DNA from: a virus
Virus record (IMG/VR): IMGVR_UViG_3300005736_000002
Span: 7,678 to 71,677 of that record
Strand: one strand, 5' to 3'
DNA: 64,000 nt
Under the pieces are notes generated by a model. That model saw only the letters and a list, made by a program, of their open reading frames with translations. It was not told the origin of the DNA and did no database searches. The stretch's first letter is position 1, and each line of letters starts with the position of its first letter. Made by a program: the position numbers and the translations under genes. Shown here piece after piece: positions 16,794-27,392 of the stretch.

Positions 16794-16933
16794 TTCCCGG
16801 TTATCTCTGGCTCTTGATTACTTACTCTTTGATTGTGTTCTCAGCCTACCAGACGCTCCTCCTGATCGACTTTATTAAGTACCAGATACGAGAGGACGAT
16901 GATGACGGAGAGTTCGGGGAGGACATCCCCTGA
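16790..16933 (+). CDS. 47-aa membrane protein (not in ORF track)
   Basis: MIPGYLWLLITYSLIVFSAYQTLLLIDF...; overlaps both neighbours; AGGAG RBS. Confidence 0.55.
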   Translation: MIPGYLWLLITYSLIVFSAYQTLLLIDFIKYQIREDDDDGEFGEDIP

Positions 16934-18552
16934 TGGATATGTCTACGCACGACATCATTGAAGAAGCTCTGGGTGGTCAAAAGAAGGTTGAGGATTACCT
17001 CAATTCAACCGACTACAAATCAGACCCTTATTATGTTCCGAGTGACTTTGCTCTGGAATTCGTCACGTTTATTAAACTTGTTAACGGAGAAGACGGTGAA
17101 GAGAACCTTACCCCTCTTGTGCATTACCACATGCTTGACACTATCACCTTTGGTGGTACCCGCATTGCTAACCTATGCCACCGTGGTATTGCAAAAACCA
17201 CCCTCATGGGTGAGTACCTCTTCCTCTACTTAGGGGTTTATGGGCAGATCCCAGGCTTCGGTAAAATAGACCTGGCTCTGTATGTATCGGACTCCATTGA
17301 GAACGGTGTGAAGAACATGAGGAAGAACCTGGAGTTCCGTTGGGAGAACTCTGACTTCCTCAAAGAGTACATCCCTGTCGTCAAATTGACGGATATTCGT
17401 TGGGAGTTCCGGAACAGAGATGGGGATATCTTCATTGTTAAGGGGTACGGTGCCAAGACCGGTGTCCGTGGTGCGAAGGAGATGGGTAAACGTCCTCAGT
17501 TGGCGGTACTCGATGACCTGATCTCGGATGAGGATGCACGATCTGCGACTGTTATTTCTGCGGTAGAGGACACGATCTATAAAGCGGTCAACTACGCCTT
17601 ACACCCGAAGAAAAACATCATCATCTGGTCAGGTACACCCTTTAATGCGAAAGATCCCCTGTATAAGGCCGTAGAATCCGGTGCCTGGGCCGTAAACGTG
17701 TTCCCAGTATGTGAACAATTCCCGTGCGCTAAAGAGGATTTCAAAGGTTCCTGGCCCGACCGATTCAACTATGAGTACGTGAAAGAGCAATATGAGATTG
17801 CTGTTAAGACCGGTAAGGTGGATACCTTCAACCAGGAGCTGATGCTCCGGATCATGTCTGATGAAGACCGTTTGATCCAGAACTCAGACATTCAGTGGTA
17901 CTCTCGTAAGGCGGTACTGGAGAACAGGCAACTGTTCAACTTCTACATCACCACCGATTTTGCGACTTCTGAAAAGACCTCTTCCGATTTCTCGGTGATC
18001 TCAGTCTGGGCCTACAACAATAATGGGGACTGGTTCTGGGTTGATGGGGTAGTGAAACGGCAGTTGATGGATAAAAACGTGAATGACCTGTTCCGACTGG
18101 CTCAGATCTATAAGCCTCAGTCAGTAGGGATTGAGGTGACTGGGCAGCAAGGCGGATTCGTTCAGTGGATTCAGAACGAGATGCTCACTCGTAACATTTA
18201 CTTCCCGCTGGCCTCAGAAGGTAACAACAACAACCCAGGTATTCGTCCAAACACGAACAAAATGGTGCGTTTTAATACCATGGTTCCGATGTTTAAATCC
18301 CATAAAATGTTCTTCCCTGTGGAATTAAAAACCGATCCTAGAATACTGGAGGCGATGGACGAATTAACCCTCGCATCCCCAGGTGGTTTTAAATCAAAAC
18401 ACGACGATTTTATCGACACAATTTCTATGCTTTCTAGTTTACATGTATGGAAACCTTCCCAGCAGAGTGATTTTAATTCTAATGCGGAAAAAGATTATTG
18501 GGAGCTAGAAATGGAGGAGGAAGATAATAGAATGGTTTCCTATATTGTTTAA
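16933..18552 (+). CDS. terL: terminase large subunit
   Basis: HRGIAKTT, VLDDL, GTP, nuclease TTDFA, HDDFIDTISM. Confidence 0.95.
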   Translation: MDMSTHDIIEEALGGQKKVEDYLNSTDYKSDPYYVPSDFALEFVTFIKLVNGEDGEENLTPLVHYHMLDTITFGGTRIANLCHRGIAKTTLMGEYLFLYLGVYGQIPGFGKIDLALYVSDSIENGVKNMRKNLEFRWENSDFLKEYIPVVKLTDIRWEFRNRDGDIFIVKGYGAKTGVRGAKEMGKRPQLAVLDDLISDEDARSATVISAVEDTIYKAVNYALHPKKNIIIWSGTPFNAKDPLYKAVESGAWAVNVFPVCEQFPCAKEDFKGSWPDRFNYEYVKEQYEIAVKTGKVDTFNQELMLRIMSDEDRLIQNSDIQWYSRKAVLENRQLFNFYITTDFATSEKTSSDFSVISVWAYNNNGDWFWVDGVVKRQLMDKNVNDLFRLAQIYKPQSVGIEVTGQQGGFVQWIQNEMLTRNIYFPLASEGNNNNPGIRPNTNKMVRFNTMVPMFKSHKMFFPVELKTDPRILEAMDELTLASPGGFKSKHDDFIDTISMLSSLHVWKPSQQSDFNSNAEKDYWELEMEEEDNRMVSYIV

Positions 18553-18605
18553 ATAAATATAGGTATCATTAGCGCGAATTAATAATAACTTCACTGGAGT
18601 TTTTA

Positions 18606-19316
18606 ATGTTTCTCTCTGAATTATTTGAGCAACTTACTTACGGTGAGTTATCTCAAACAGCCATCGGTGGATTAAATGCAGTCGGCATTGGTTCCGAGCA
18701 TTATAAACAAGTCGTGGCTCACGTTAATCTCGCGCTTACCGACCTACACAAGCGATTCCCTCTGCGTTTCGAAGAAGTGCTGGTTCAGCAATATGACTGG
18801 ATTCAGGAATATCACCTTAAAGCTCAGTACGCGGAAACTAATACTGATTCAACAGAAGAAGTTAAATATTTAATTGATTCTGTTTATGAACCTTTTAAAA
18901 ATAATGTTTTAAAGATTGAGCAAGTATTTTCTGAAATAGGTGAAGAAAGACCTATTAATGATACTTCAAAACAATGGTCTGTTTTTACTCCAAAACCCAA
19001 AACTGTTTTGATTCCTTATAATGATGAACACAATACTTTCTCAGTTATTTATAGAGCCAATCATCCAAAAATAATTGTTGATGATGACTTTGATCCAGAA
19101 AATGTTGAACTGGATATTGTGGATGCGTTAATCGCACCGATTTGTATTTATGTGGCTGGAAGAATCGTTGGCAATATGGGATCTACCGATAACCTTAACG
19201 CATCGAGTCACTACCAGAGCCGTTATGAACTGGCTCTATTGGAGGTCGAGAAACACGACCTGATCCCTAAAGACACTCTGTATAACGATCGTTTGGAGAA
19301 AAACGGATGGGTGTAA
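18606..19316 (+). CDS. virion structural protein (N4 gp67-like adaptor)
   Basis: LSELFEQLTYGELS, NLALTDLHKRFPL, YRANH; synteny. Confidence 0.8.
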   Translation: MFLSELFEQLTYGELSQTAIGGLNAVGIGSEHYKQVVAHVNLALTDLHKRFPLRFEEVLVQQYDWIQEYHLKAQYAETNTDSTEEVKYLIDSVYEPFKNNVLKIEQVFSEIGEERPINDTSKQWSVFTPKPKTVLIPYNDEHNTFSVIYRANHPKIIVDDDFDPENVELDIVDALIAPICIYVAGRIVGNMGSTDNLNASSHYQSRYELALLEVEKHDLIPKDTLYNDRLEKNGWV

Positions 19317-21259
19317 TTAATAGCCAACGGGCCACAACAGGCCTAATTCATAAGTATCTGGGTTCGTCCTACGATACGGTTAAGTTGGTTGCCGACAGTA
19401 TTGAAGATGTGAACGCTCTGGCGGATGTGCTAGGCGATAACGTCGATTTTGCTCTATTGGCGGATGTACTTACCAACCTGGGTGATTCGGTAGCAGATCT
19501 GGCAGCTCTGGCTGTGGCGGATCTTGAGAATATCGCGTCTGACCTGGAGAAAGGTAACTACCTCGGTAACCGTAAGATTGATATTGATCTGTCACTGAAT
19601 AACCAATCAACAGATACAGAAGTGACCTATCAGGGTCTGACGATCGTCACCACAGACGGTGTGAGCGTCCCTGTGAACTTCACGGTACTGGATGGTAACG
19701 GTGATCCGATCATCAATGAGCTGGCTTCTTATGCAGCCATCTTCAGTGAGTTAAAGGACGGTATTACCGCCTACAACGCCTCTGAACCGGATTCTCAGTT
19801 GCACATCCTAGATACTGAGATCGACATCATTAACAGTACGCTCCCTGACAAGCCGACCATGATCCGTATCCGAGATACAGACGGTTCTGCTTCTAAGATT
19901 GAGCGTGTGATTATGCACTCCTACAATGGTCAGCCGATCTACACTGACCCAGAGTACTATTGGGCGAAAACCACATCTGCCCTGCAGACGCTGGCTAACC
20001 GTGTGGGTGATATTATCTCTCTGGGTAATGATATCGATTCGATCATTCAGTTGGCGACTCAGAAGGATGAGATCAACTACCTGTACTCGAAACGTACCGA
20101 GTTACTGGGTGTATCCAATTCCATCTACAGTGAGTTGAACAACCTCCTGGCAGTACACAGCAGCTTATCCTCTATCAATAACGTCAATACAAACATGGCT
20201 GATATTCAGTCTGTAGAGGCGGCTCTGGCGGATATTGATGTTGTTGTAACAAACCTACTGGATATTCAGAATGCGTACCAGAACGCTCAGGATGCGATCA
20301 ACGCAGCCTCTGCGTCTGCGAACTCCGCAACCGATTCTCAGACTTACGCTACCAGCTCCATGGGGTACCGTGACACTGCTCAGACGTTGAAAGATGCGAC
20401 ACAGACTCTGAAAAACGAGACTGAGGCCATCCGTACTGCGATCCAGAACATCACGGTTCTACAGACCATTACCGGTGCGGCAGGTACCTCTGCTTCCGTG
20501 GTCTATGACGGTAACAACAATGAGTTCACCTTCATCGTACCTCAAGGGGACAAAGGCGATAAGGGTGATTCCTTTACGGTAAACGCGGTAGGCCAAACGG
20601 CTGAACGTGCTTTGTACGATGCCCAGATTGAAGGTTTCTCCTTCCTGGATACAACAACAGCCCAGATCTACTTCAAGGTATCAGCCACCTCTGGTGACTG
20701 GTCTACAGGTGCACCGTTTGGTAAAGGTGACCAGGGTGATCCTGGAGCTACTGGTAACGGTATTGCGTCGGTCACTTGGACTTCTACTACCGGGGTTTCT
20801 GCGGCACCTAATGAACCAGGTGAGACTGATACTTACACCGTCACCTATGACAACGCAGGTACAGCAACCTTCACGGTGTACAACGGTACTGACTTCAGTC
20901 CGACGGATCTGATTGATGACACTCAGGCTCTGGCGGATAAAACCTGGAGTTCAAACAAGATCACTACTGAACTAGGGACTAAGAAAAATGCCCCTGGTTA
21001 TGTTGTATCTGCTGGTTCACGAACGCTACAGCCTGGGGAATCCTGTTATTTCTCGTCAACAGGTACAGCAACCCTACCTCTAACACCTACTGACAATACT
21101 GAGGTGGAGATCTCAGGTGGCAACTTCGCCACACTGATTGTGGCACGTAACGGTGAGCTATTGATGGGCCTGTCGGAAGATATGACCCTGAACGTGACGT
21201 ACCCGCACATCAAACTGCGCTTTGTTAACTCCGGTATTGGTTGGAGGCTCGTAGCATGA
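19307..21259 (+). CDS. tail fibre/appendage protein
   Basis: N-terminal YLGSSYDTVKLVA anchor, coiled coil, collagen-like GDKGDKGD, TWSSNKI. Confidence 0.8.
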   Translation: MGVINSQRATTGLIHKYLGSSYDTVKLVADSIEDVNALADVLGDNVDFALLADVLTNLGDSVADLAALAVADLENIASDLEKGNYLGNRKIDIDLSLNNQSTDTEVTYQGLTIVTTDGVSVPVNFTVLDGNGDPIINELASYAAIFSELKDGITAYNASEPDSQLHILDTEIDIINSTLPDKPTMIRIRDTDGSASKIERVIMHSYNGQPIYTDPEYYWAKTTSALQTLANRVGDIISLGNDIDSIIQLATQKDEINYLYSKRTELLGVSNSIYSELNNLLAVHSSLSSINNVNTNMADIQSVEAALADIDVVVTNLLDIQNAYQNAQDAINAASASANSATDSQTYATSSMGYRDTAQTLKDATQTLKNETEAIRTAIQNITVLQTITGAAGTSASVVYDGNNNEFTFIVPQGDKGDKGDSFTVNAVGQTAERALYDAQIEGFSFLDTTTAQIYFKVSATSGDWSTGAPFGKGDQGDPGATGNGIASVTWTSTTGVSAAPNEPGETDTYTVTYDNAGTATFTVYNGTDFSPTDLIDDTQALADKTWSSNKITTELGTKKNAPGYVVSAGSRTLQPGESCYFSSTGTATLPLTPTDNTEVEISGGNFATLIVARNGELLMGLSEDMTLNVTYPHIKLRFVNSGIGWRLVA

Positions 21260-22314
21260 GTTTACTTACAGACTTTTTTGAAATTAAAGACAAATCAGAT
21301 GCTGAGATCTTTGCCCAGGTTTTGACTCAGGACGGTGCGGGCTCAGGTCTTGATGCCGACTTGCTTGACGGTCAGCAGGGTAGTTACTACTTGGCGGCTT
21401 CTGCCTACACCGCAGCAGATGTTTTGGCAAAATTGTTAACCGTTGATGGCCCTGCTACAGGACTGGATGCTGATCTCCTTGACGGTAACCAGGCGGCTGA
21501 TTTTGTTGCTGCAACTTCCTACACCGCTGCGGACGTTCTGGCGAAACTGCTTACTGTAGATGGTTCAGGTTCAGGGTTAGATGCTGACTTACTGGACGGA
21601 AACAACAGTGATTACTTCTTGCCTGCGGGTTCTTATACAGCAGCGGACGTGTTTGCAAAGGTATTAACCCAAGACGGGGCAGGTTCCGGTCTGGATGCGG
21701 ATACCTTAGATGGTCAGCAAGCGAGTTACTTCCTAGCTGCAACAGCGTATACCGCAGCCGATGTGTTGGCGAAACTACTTACGGTGGATGGTGCTGCATC
21801 TGGCTTGGATGCGGATTTGTTGGACGGGCAGCACGGTAGCTATTATTACCCTGCGTCTAACCCTAATGGCTATACCTCTAATGTAGGTGATGTTACAAGC
21901 GTATCCGCTGGTGCAGGCCTAGATGGGGGTGGTACTAGCGGGGCTGTGACCCTCACCCATTCTGATACCAGTTCACAAGGTTCTGTGAACAACTCAGGTA
22001 ACACGGTTATACAAGACATAACCTTGGACGGTTATGGACACATAACTAATATTAACAGTAAAGCATTGAGCATACCTTCAGCCCAATCCACCCGTTTAGG
22101 TGCGGTGGGTACTTATGCGCTATTGAGAACCACTGCAACGTCAGGTAGCCACTCTCCCGGTACCACGCGGGCAGGCTCTGGCCTCGATTATGCGAGTGCG
22201 AGTGGTGATTATGTAAGTACATCGCCTTCCGGTACTTGGCGTTGTATGGGGTATTGCGTAGGCGCTATTGGAGGCGCTGACAGACAGGTAACTATTTGGG
22301 TGAGGATTTCTTAA
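21256..22314 (+). CDS. tail fibre protein with GLDADLLDG repeats
   Basis: Five 39-aa repeats; C-terminal GAVGTYALL...SGTWRCMG tip. Confidence 0.85.
   Translation: MSLLTDFFEIKDKSDAEIFAQVLTQDGAGSGLDADLLDGQQGSYYLAASAYTAADVLAKLLTVDGPATGLDADLLDGNQAADFVAATSYTAADVLAKLLTVDGSGSGLDADLLDGNNSDYFLPAGSYTAADVFAKVLTQDGAGSGLDADTLDGQQASYFLAATAYTAADVLAKLLTVDGAASGLDADLLDGQHGSYYYPASNPNGYTSNVGDVTSVSAGAGLDGGGTSGAVTLTHSDTSSQGSVNNSGNTVIQDITLDGYGHITNINSKALSIPSAQSTRLGAVGTYALLRTTATSGSHSPGTTRAGSGLDYASASGDYVSTSPSGTWRCMGYCVGAIGGADRQVTIWVRIS
21298..21850 (+). repeat. five tandem 117-nt coding repeats
   Basis: (YT)AADV(L/F)AK(L/V)LT(V/Q)DGxxxGLDAD(L/T)LDG units. Confidence 0.85.
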
Positions 22315-22316
22315 TT

Positions 22317-22763
22317 ATGCAAATACCTACAGTTACAGACTATAAGAACCCTATCTATATGTCCGTAGACCAAGATTTAATCGATCTTGACATTCTGACA
22401 GAAGAGTTTGGGTGGATTCCGACAACTATCCGTATGAGTGATGACGATACTCAAGGGCATATTGTTCAAATCAAAAACTGGTTACATGCCTACCGAGACA
22501 CTATCTCAGAATATGTGCCTCCTGTGGTTGAGGAAGTAGTATTCACTGAGATCACTAAGCTGCAATGCAAAAAGCAGGCTGTTACTGAGAACTTATGGGA
22601 TACCTTAAAATCCGCGCTCTCCGCTGATGATGAAATCAGAGAAGATTGGGACTTAGCGACCAGCCTGGTAATAACTGAACCAAGTGTTCAGGCGATGGGG
22701 GTGGTCATGGGTAAGACTCCAGAGGAATTGCAGACCTTTTTTAATGCGGCAGGGTTGTTGTAG
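22317..22763 (+). CDS. tail fibre assembly chaperone-like protein
   Basis: IDLDILTEEFGWIP; C-terminal ELQTFFNAAG; follows fibre gene. Confidence 0.7.
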   Translation: MQIPTVTDYKNPIYMSVDQDLIDLDILTEEFGWIPTTIRMSDDDTQGHIVQIKNWLHAYRDTISEYVPPVVEEVVFTEITKLQCKKQAVTENLWDTLKSALSADDEIREDWDLATSLVITEPSVQAMGVVMGKTPEELQTFFNAAGLL

Positions 22764-23152
22764 TGGGTGATTTAACTACAAACATCTCAAGACATGAACT
22801 GGCCTGTGGCTGTGGTTGCGGGTTTCAGTCTATGGACTGGGAAACAATTGAGGTGGTCCAGGATGTCTGTGATCACTTCGCAGATAACCTGGGTGTTGAG
22901 AAAGTCGTTCTGACCATCACCAGTGCTGCGCGGTGTTACGAGTACAACCGTAAACCCGCCAGTGAAGGTGGTCCCGGCTCTAACGATAATTCTCAGCACC
23001 CGAAAGCATGTGCGATTGATCTTCAAATTGCCGGTGTATCTCCCCAGGAGGTATACGAATACCTGGATCAGAAGTACCCCAATACATTCGGGATTGGTTT
23101 ATATAAAACCTTTGTCCATATAGACACCCGACCTTATCGAGCCAGGTGGTGA
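22763..23152 (+). CDS. endolysin, peptidase M15A family
   Basis: ELACGCGCG, ITSAARC, SQHPKACAID, GIGLYKTFVHIDTR. Confidence 0.9.
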   Translation: MGDLTTNISRHELACGCGCGFQSMDWETIEVVQDVCDHFADNLGVEKVVLTITSAARCYEYNRKPASEGGPGSNDNSQHPKACAIDLQIAGVSPQEVYEYLDQKYPNTFGIGLYKTFVHIDTRPYRARW

Positions 23153-23155
23153 AAG

Positions 23156-23662
23156 ATGAGTTGGTTAAGTAAGTTAAAGAAGTACGCACCAGATCTTGCT
23201 GCAGCAATAGCAACCGGGGGTGCGACACTGCCTCAGTTGGCCCTGAAAGCGATTGCAGATGCGACCGGTGAAGATGTCCCTACTGAGCAGAAACTCGCTC
23301 AGGTCGTCGATACAGCCGATCCAGATACCCTCCTGAAGATTGAGAGCGCGAACCACGCATTCAAGATTCGTATGAAGGAGCTGAATATTGAGCTGACCGT
23401 CTCTGAGTTGGGTGATAAACAACATGCCCGCGAGAAGCATAAGCACAGTAAGATGCCTGCGCTCATCACGTTCATGATGACGTGCATTGTGGGTGGTTTG
23501 TTTTACTACTTATTTGAGGGGGATGTACCGGAAGGTAATAAAGACATTCTCTACATTCTGATCGGACAAACTTCTGCTTTGTGGGGTGCTTCCATTACCT
23601 ACTGGGTAGGTACCACTCGATCCAGTGCTGAGAAAAATTTCAGAAAATTATCTGTAGCATAG
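23156..23662 (+). CDS. holin-like membrane protein
   Basis: Two C-terminal TM helices, YWVGTTRSS; next to endolysin. Confidence 0.7.
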   Translation: MSWLSKLKKYAPDLAAAIATGGATLPQLALKAIADATGEDVPTEQKLAQVVDTADPDTLLKIESANHAFKIRMKELNIELTVSELGDKQHAREKHKHSKMPALITFMMTCIVGGLFYYLFEGDVPEGNKDILYILIGQTSALWGASITYWVGTTRSSAEKNFRKLSVA

Positions 23663-23668
23663 AAATTA

Positions 23669-23700
23669 AAAAGAGGGGTTTTAAACCCCTCTAATTTTAT
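23669..23700 (+). terminator. intrinsic terminator
   Basis: AGAGGGGTTT-T-AAACCCCTCT followed by AATTTT. Confidence 0.65.
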
Positions 23701-23864
23701 ATTAACTATTCAAGTAATCCTTTTCGTTAAATTAAATAATATTTAAATAAACTTTTTGAATTTATATTATTTTCTCTCCTGTTTTTGTTGCCCTAACATT
23801 TAAATGATTAATTAAAAAACATTGGTACAATTCCGGAAAATCAACTTTATCCGGAGTATTAATT

Positions 23865-24167
23865 GTGCCTTTCTCGCAGAAAGAGTTAATGGAGGCTATG
23901 ACGCACCCCAGCATTCTGGGTGTGTTGTTGGCGATGGCCTTAGCAGTCCTCAGAGTTATCTACGATCGACAAGAAACTTCCCGTATACGAATCCTTCTTG
24001 AGTCTTTGATCTGCGGGGGCTTGAGTCTCACTGCCAGTGCTGCAATTACCGCTATGGGTCTGGATGATGGGTGGGCCATGTTTGCAGGCGGTGTGATCGG
24101 TTATTTTGGCTCAACTCAAGTTCGACTGTTTTCCTACAAGATTATTAATAAACAAATTGATGACTGA
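23865..24167 (+). CDS. lambda-family-like holin
   Basis: Three TM helices; AVLRVIYD, LESLICG, GGVIGYFGS. Confidence 0.8.
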   Translation: MPFSQKELMEAMTHPSILGVLLAMALAVLRVIYDRQETSRIRILLESLICGGLSLTASAAITAMGLDDGWAMFAGGVIGYFGSTQVRLFSYKIINKQIDD

Positions 24168-24179
24168 TTGAGGTTTATT

Positions 24180-24449
24180 ATGCGTTTGTTTTTATTCCAA
24201 CTACTTCAAGTATTAATCGCATTCGATCAATTAATAAATACATTAATTGGTGTCTTTGTTTGTCCTTTTACTAAAAACACTTTCTGGGCGGATGAAACTA
24301 TGTCCAGCGTTTCGCATCGACTGAGTTTAAAAGGAATTACTTGGCCTAAAACATTCGTAAATGATCTTTTCTTTTGGCAGGACGACCATTGCAAAGATGC
24401 CTTCCAATCCGAGCGTGAACGCTCTCAGGCGCACCCGGAAACGAGGTAA
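24180..24449 (+). CDS. conserved phage hypothetical protein
   Basis: LIAFDQLINTL, ADETMSS, FFWQDDHC. Confidence 0.75.
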   Translation: MRLFLFQLLQVLIAFDQLINTLIGVFVCPFTKNTFWADETMSSVSHRLSLKGITWPKTFVNDLFFWQDDHCKDAFQSERERSQAHPETR

Positions 24450-24454
24450 TAGTC

Positions 24455-24784
24455 ATGGCTCTAAAAAACACTGATCCAAACGCCGAATATCCTTACGTGT
24501 TCATGGTGTCTCAGTCGATCAACCAGTTACGCCCTCAGTTGGCGACTGACCCGGCTGAATACACTCTGAGCGTTGTTCTCATGAACTATAAGATCGATGA
24601 GAACGGTCAACTGGTGTTTGATTATGACAGTCAATACTCCTACACCTGCGACAACTTCACAGCCCTGGCCTTTGTAAATTACAGCCAGGGTAACGCTACA
24701 CATCTACAGACTTTAGGTGCACAGCAGCTCTCGATCAAAGAGATCGTAGAGACTGAGCTTGGCATCACTCTGGAGGTGCTGTAA
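24455..24784 (+). CDS. hypothetical protein
   Basis: GAGG RBS; packed ORF. Confidence 0.7.
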   Translation: MALKNTDPNAEYPYVFMVSQSINQLRPQLATDPAEYTLSVVLMNYKIDENGQLVFDYDSQYSYTCDNFTALAFVNYSQGNATHLQTLGAQQLSIKEIVETELGITLEVL

Positions 24785-25023
24785 TGCCAGTAGGTATTAA
24801 TGCCGCAGGGACGTACAAAGTCATCCGTGTAGACAATGCGGATACTGCGACAGGTGGTGGTACGACTAAGACCATCAGTACTAGCCTGATCTACAACGCA
24901 GACATCACAGTAATTGGTTGGGTACGTCACGGTGATGAGGCTGCACCAGATACTCCAGCGATCTTGTCTGGTGTGATTGGTTCAGCGGGTTACAGTGCTT
25001 CGGTTACCCTGAGCAACGAGTAA
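24784..25023 (+). CDS. small beta-rich structural protein or C-terminal remnant
   Basis: GGAGG RBS; G/T/S/A-rich. Confidence 0.6.
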   Translation: MPVGINAAGTYKVIRVDNADTATGGGTTKTISTSLIYNADITVIGWVRHGDEAAPDTPAILSGVIGSAGYSASVTLSNE

Positions 25024-25031
25024 TCTGACCT

Positions 25032-27179
25032 ATGGCTTACTCCGTCAACTGGGATACCAAAGTAATCTCTGTTCCGGACGCTGACTTAACGTTGGTGTCT
25101 GGGACGGAGTATGAACTGGATATGTCCTCTTTTCTGGGTAAGATCCGTGTCCTGGAGGCCAACGAAGGCCTCTGGGCTCCTCAGATCTTAAAGCATACCA
25201 ACGCAAAAGTTTTGGCGGGGGATACATACGCTCCATTTGATGAATTATTCAACGACTTTCAGGTGCAGTTTACAGGGCCAAATGCAACCCGAGTAAACCT
25301 GAAAGGTTCCAATAACAACATCATCGACGTGCTCATCGCCAACGGAGTGTCGGTTGTACCGTCTAACTCTGCAGGCCTGATCATTGGTGAAGGGGGTGGT
25401 GGTGGAAGCCTCACCACGACCCAATCAAACCAGCTTCAGGCAATTTACGACAAGATCAGTCAGATGCTCTTTACCAACACCAACGAATTAGACGTTCATG
25501 TGAAGAGTCTGGACTCGGGTATCAATGTGGGTACAGACGCACCTACAGCGAGTGAGAATGCTGCAGCAGTCTGGGCCAGCCTGACCGGTGCCAAAGTTGC
25601 TTCAGATGCTGACGGTATCTCGGGTGTTAACACGATCGTTAATAACATTGCGACCGATCTGACAGCAGCACGGGTTGTGATTGATGACAGCAACACGAAA
25701 GTGACTGGAGTCGATACCAAGGTCAACTCAATCAAAACAACGGTTGAAGATACCAACGTGGATGTATCGGATCTGGATGTGGACGTACTGGCAGTCAAAG
25801 GTGTGGTCGATGCCATCTCCTCGAAAGTCGATAACGTTGATCTGGATGTAGCGGGTGTGAAGACCGTGGTGGATAGCCTAGTTCTCTCTGTTGATGATCT
25901 GGATGCCGACGTTGTTGGTTTAGGTACTGCCGTATCTAACGTGGATGCCAAGGTGGTTAACCTGGACGGTGATGTAGTTGCTGTGAAAGGTGTCGTCGAT
26001 ACCAACGGTACGAAGCTCAATACCTTACAGACTTCTGTGGATGGACTGGATACTGACATGGCTGCGGTTGTTGCAGCATCGGATTCTAACACTACAGCAG
26101 TAACAGGATTGGATACTAAGGTTACCGATCTTGATGGTGACGTACTCGCAGTGAAGAACGTGGTCGATACGATCAATGGTGACATGACCGGCCTGAGTAC
26201 CGATATGGGTACCTTGTCCTCTTCCTTCGGTTCTCTGGAACTGACGGTCGATGGTATTGATGGTAAAGCCGACTCTCTGGCGACTCAGAACACCAATATC
26301 AACAGCGCAGTCGGTGCGGTGTCTACCAAGGTATCTACTGTCGAGGGCAAGGTGGATAACGCCAATATTGCTCTTGGTTCTCTGGATACGAAAGTCTCTA
26401 CCGTACAGACCAGGGTTGATGTGGTGGATTCTGTAGTTGATGGCCTGGTTCTGGACGTAGCTGCGGTTGATACCAAAGTCACTACACGGGCCAGCACAAT
26501 TGATGGGGCCATCGCTGCCGTGGCTGCTGATGTAACAGACATTGATGCGAACGTGAACAGTGCGCACACCAAACTGGATGGGCTTCCTACAGCCGTTCAG
26601 AACGCAGACCAGGTATGGACTCACCTCACTGCTACGGATCTTGTATCTGATGTTTCCGGTTTGGAAACATCTGTAACCGGTGTGTCTGGACAAGTGACCG
26701 GGCTGAGTACTGATGTTGCTGCGGTGGATGCCAAGGTAGTCACGGTGGACGGAGTGGTGGATCAGAACCAGTTGGATATTGCTGCACTGAATACGCTCAT
26801 CACTCAGTTGAATGATCCGTCTGCAGCCGATGTAGCTGGTGCAACTTGGGCTCACGCTTCGGCTCTGGATGTGTTGTCTCGTACTGCTGAGATCTCTGGA
26901 TTGGATACCAGCATGACGAATGTAGTGAATACCGTTAACGGGGTGGACTTCAGCGCACTCACGACTCAGATCTCAGGTGTACAGAACACCGTGGATCAGT
27001 TGATCGTTGATCACGACTCTATCGATGGGGATCTTGCGGCACTCCAGGCGAATATCGCAGGAATGCTTGCAGATCTAAATACTGTGAACTCTCAAGTTGC
27101 TGCTGTGGATACCAAGGTGGGTGCCATTCCGACAGCTTCCGAGAACGCCGACGCAACTTGGACATACACGAGGCCGTAA
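25032..27179 (+). CDS. long V/D/T-rich coiled-coil fibre-like protein
   Basis: Heptad VD..V repeats; four PxAxxxAxx(V/T)W motifs. Confidence 0.75.
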   Translation: MAYSVNWDTKVISVPDADLTLVSGTEYELDMSSFLGKIRVLEANEGLWAPQILKHTNAKVLAGDTYAPFDELFNDFQVQFTGPNATRVNLKGSNNNIIDVLIANGVSVVPSNSAGLIIGEGGGGGSLTTTQSNQLQAIYDKISQMLFTNTNELDVHVKSLDSGINVGTDAPTASENAAAVWASLTGAKVASDADGISGVNTIVNNIATDLTAARVVIDDSNTKVTGVDTKVNSIKTTVEDTNVDVSDLDVDVLAVKGVVDAISSKVDNVDLDVAGVKTVVDSLVLSVDDLDADVVGLGTAVSNVDAKVVNLDGDVVAVKGVVDTNGTKLNTLQTSVDGLDTDMAAVVAASDSNTTAVTGLDTKVTDLDGDVLAVKNVVDTINGDMTGLSTDMGTLSSSFGSLELTVDGIDGKADSLATQNTNINSAVGAVSTKVSTVEGKVDNANIALGSLDTKVSTVQTRVDVVDSVVDGLVLDVAAVDTKVTTRASTIDGAIAAVAADVTDIDANVNSAHTKLDGLPTAVQNADQVWTHLTATDLVSDVSGLETSVTGVSGQVTGLSTDVAAVDAKVVTVDGVVDQNQLDIAALNTLITQLNDPSAADVAGATWAHASALDVLSRTAEISGLDTSMTNVVNTVNGVDFSALTTQISGVQNTVDQLIVDHDSIDGDLAALQANIAGMLADLNTVNSQVAAVDTKVGAIPTASENADATWTYTRP

Positions 27180-27392
27180 ATGGACGCATGGGAAAAACTC
27201 AGAAGTATGTCTACAGCACCCCCAGGCAGTGATGCCTGGGAGGTACTTCATCAGCAAAGGGTAGGGGACATCATGTCCGACGGTATCCAGGTAATTGTGA
27301 CTGACACGATAGATGTTGCAATAACGGATGAACCGATCCTGGTTCACGTAAACGATAACTCAATTCATGTTGTAGTGGATGATACGGAATGA
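27180..27392 (+). CDS. hypothetical protein
   Basis: GAGG RBS; abuts previous stop. Confidence 0.65.
   Translation: MDAWEKLRSMSTAPPGSDAWEVLHQQRVGDIMSDGIQVIVTDTIDVAITDEPILVHVNDNSIHVVVDDTE

Noticed and set aside
18566-18579. TCATTAGCGCGAAT match to the promoter at 13993
   Set aside because: Lacks the second hairpin arm and the CC; probably coincidental.
25496-26855. Long antisense ORFs (229 and 276 aa)
   Set aside because: Shadows of the repetitive V/D/T codon usage on the + strand.
27177-27182. Stop read-through fusing the 715-aa and 70-aa ORFs (in-frame TAA ATG)
   Set aside because: The downstream ORF has its own GAGG RBS, and TAA is used as a normal stop throughout the window.
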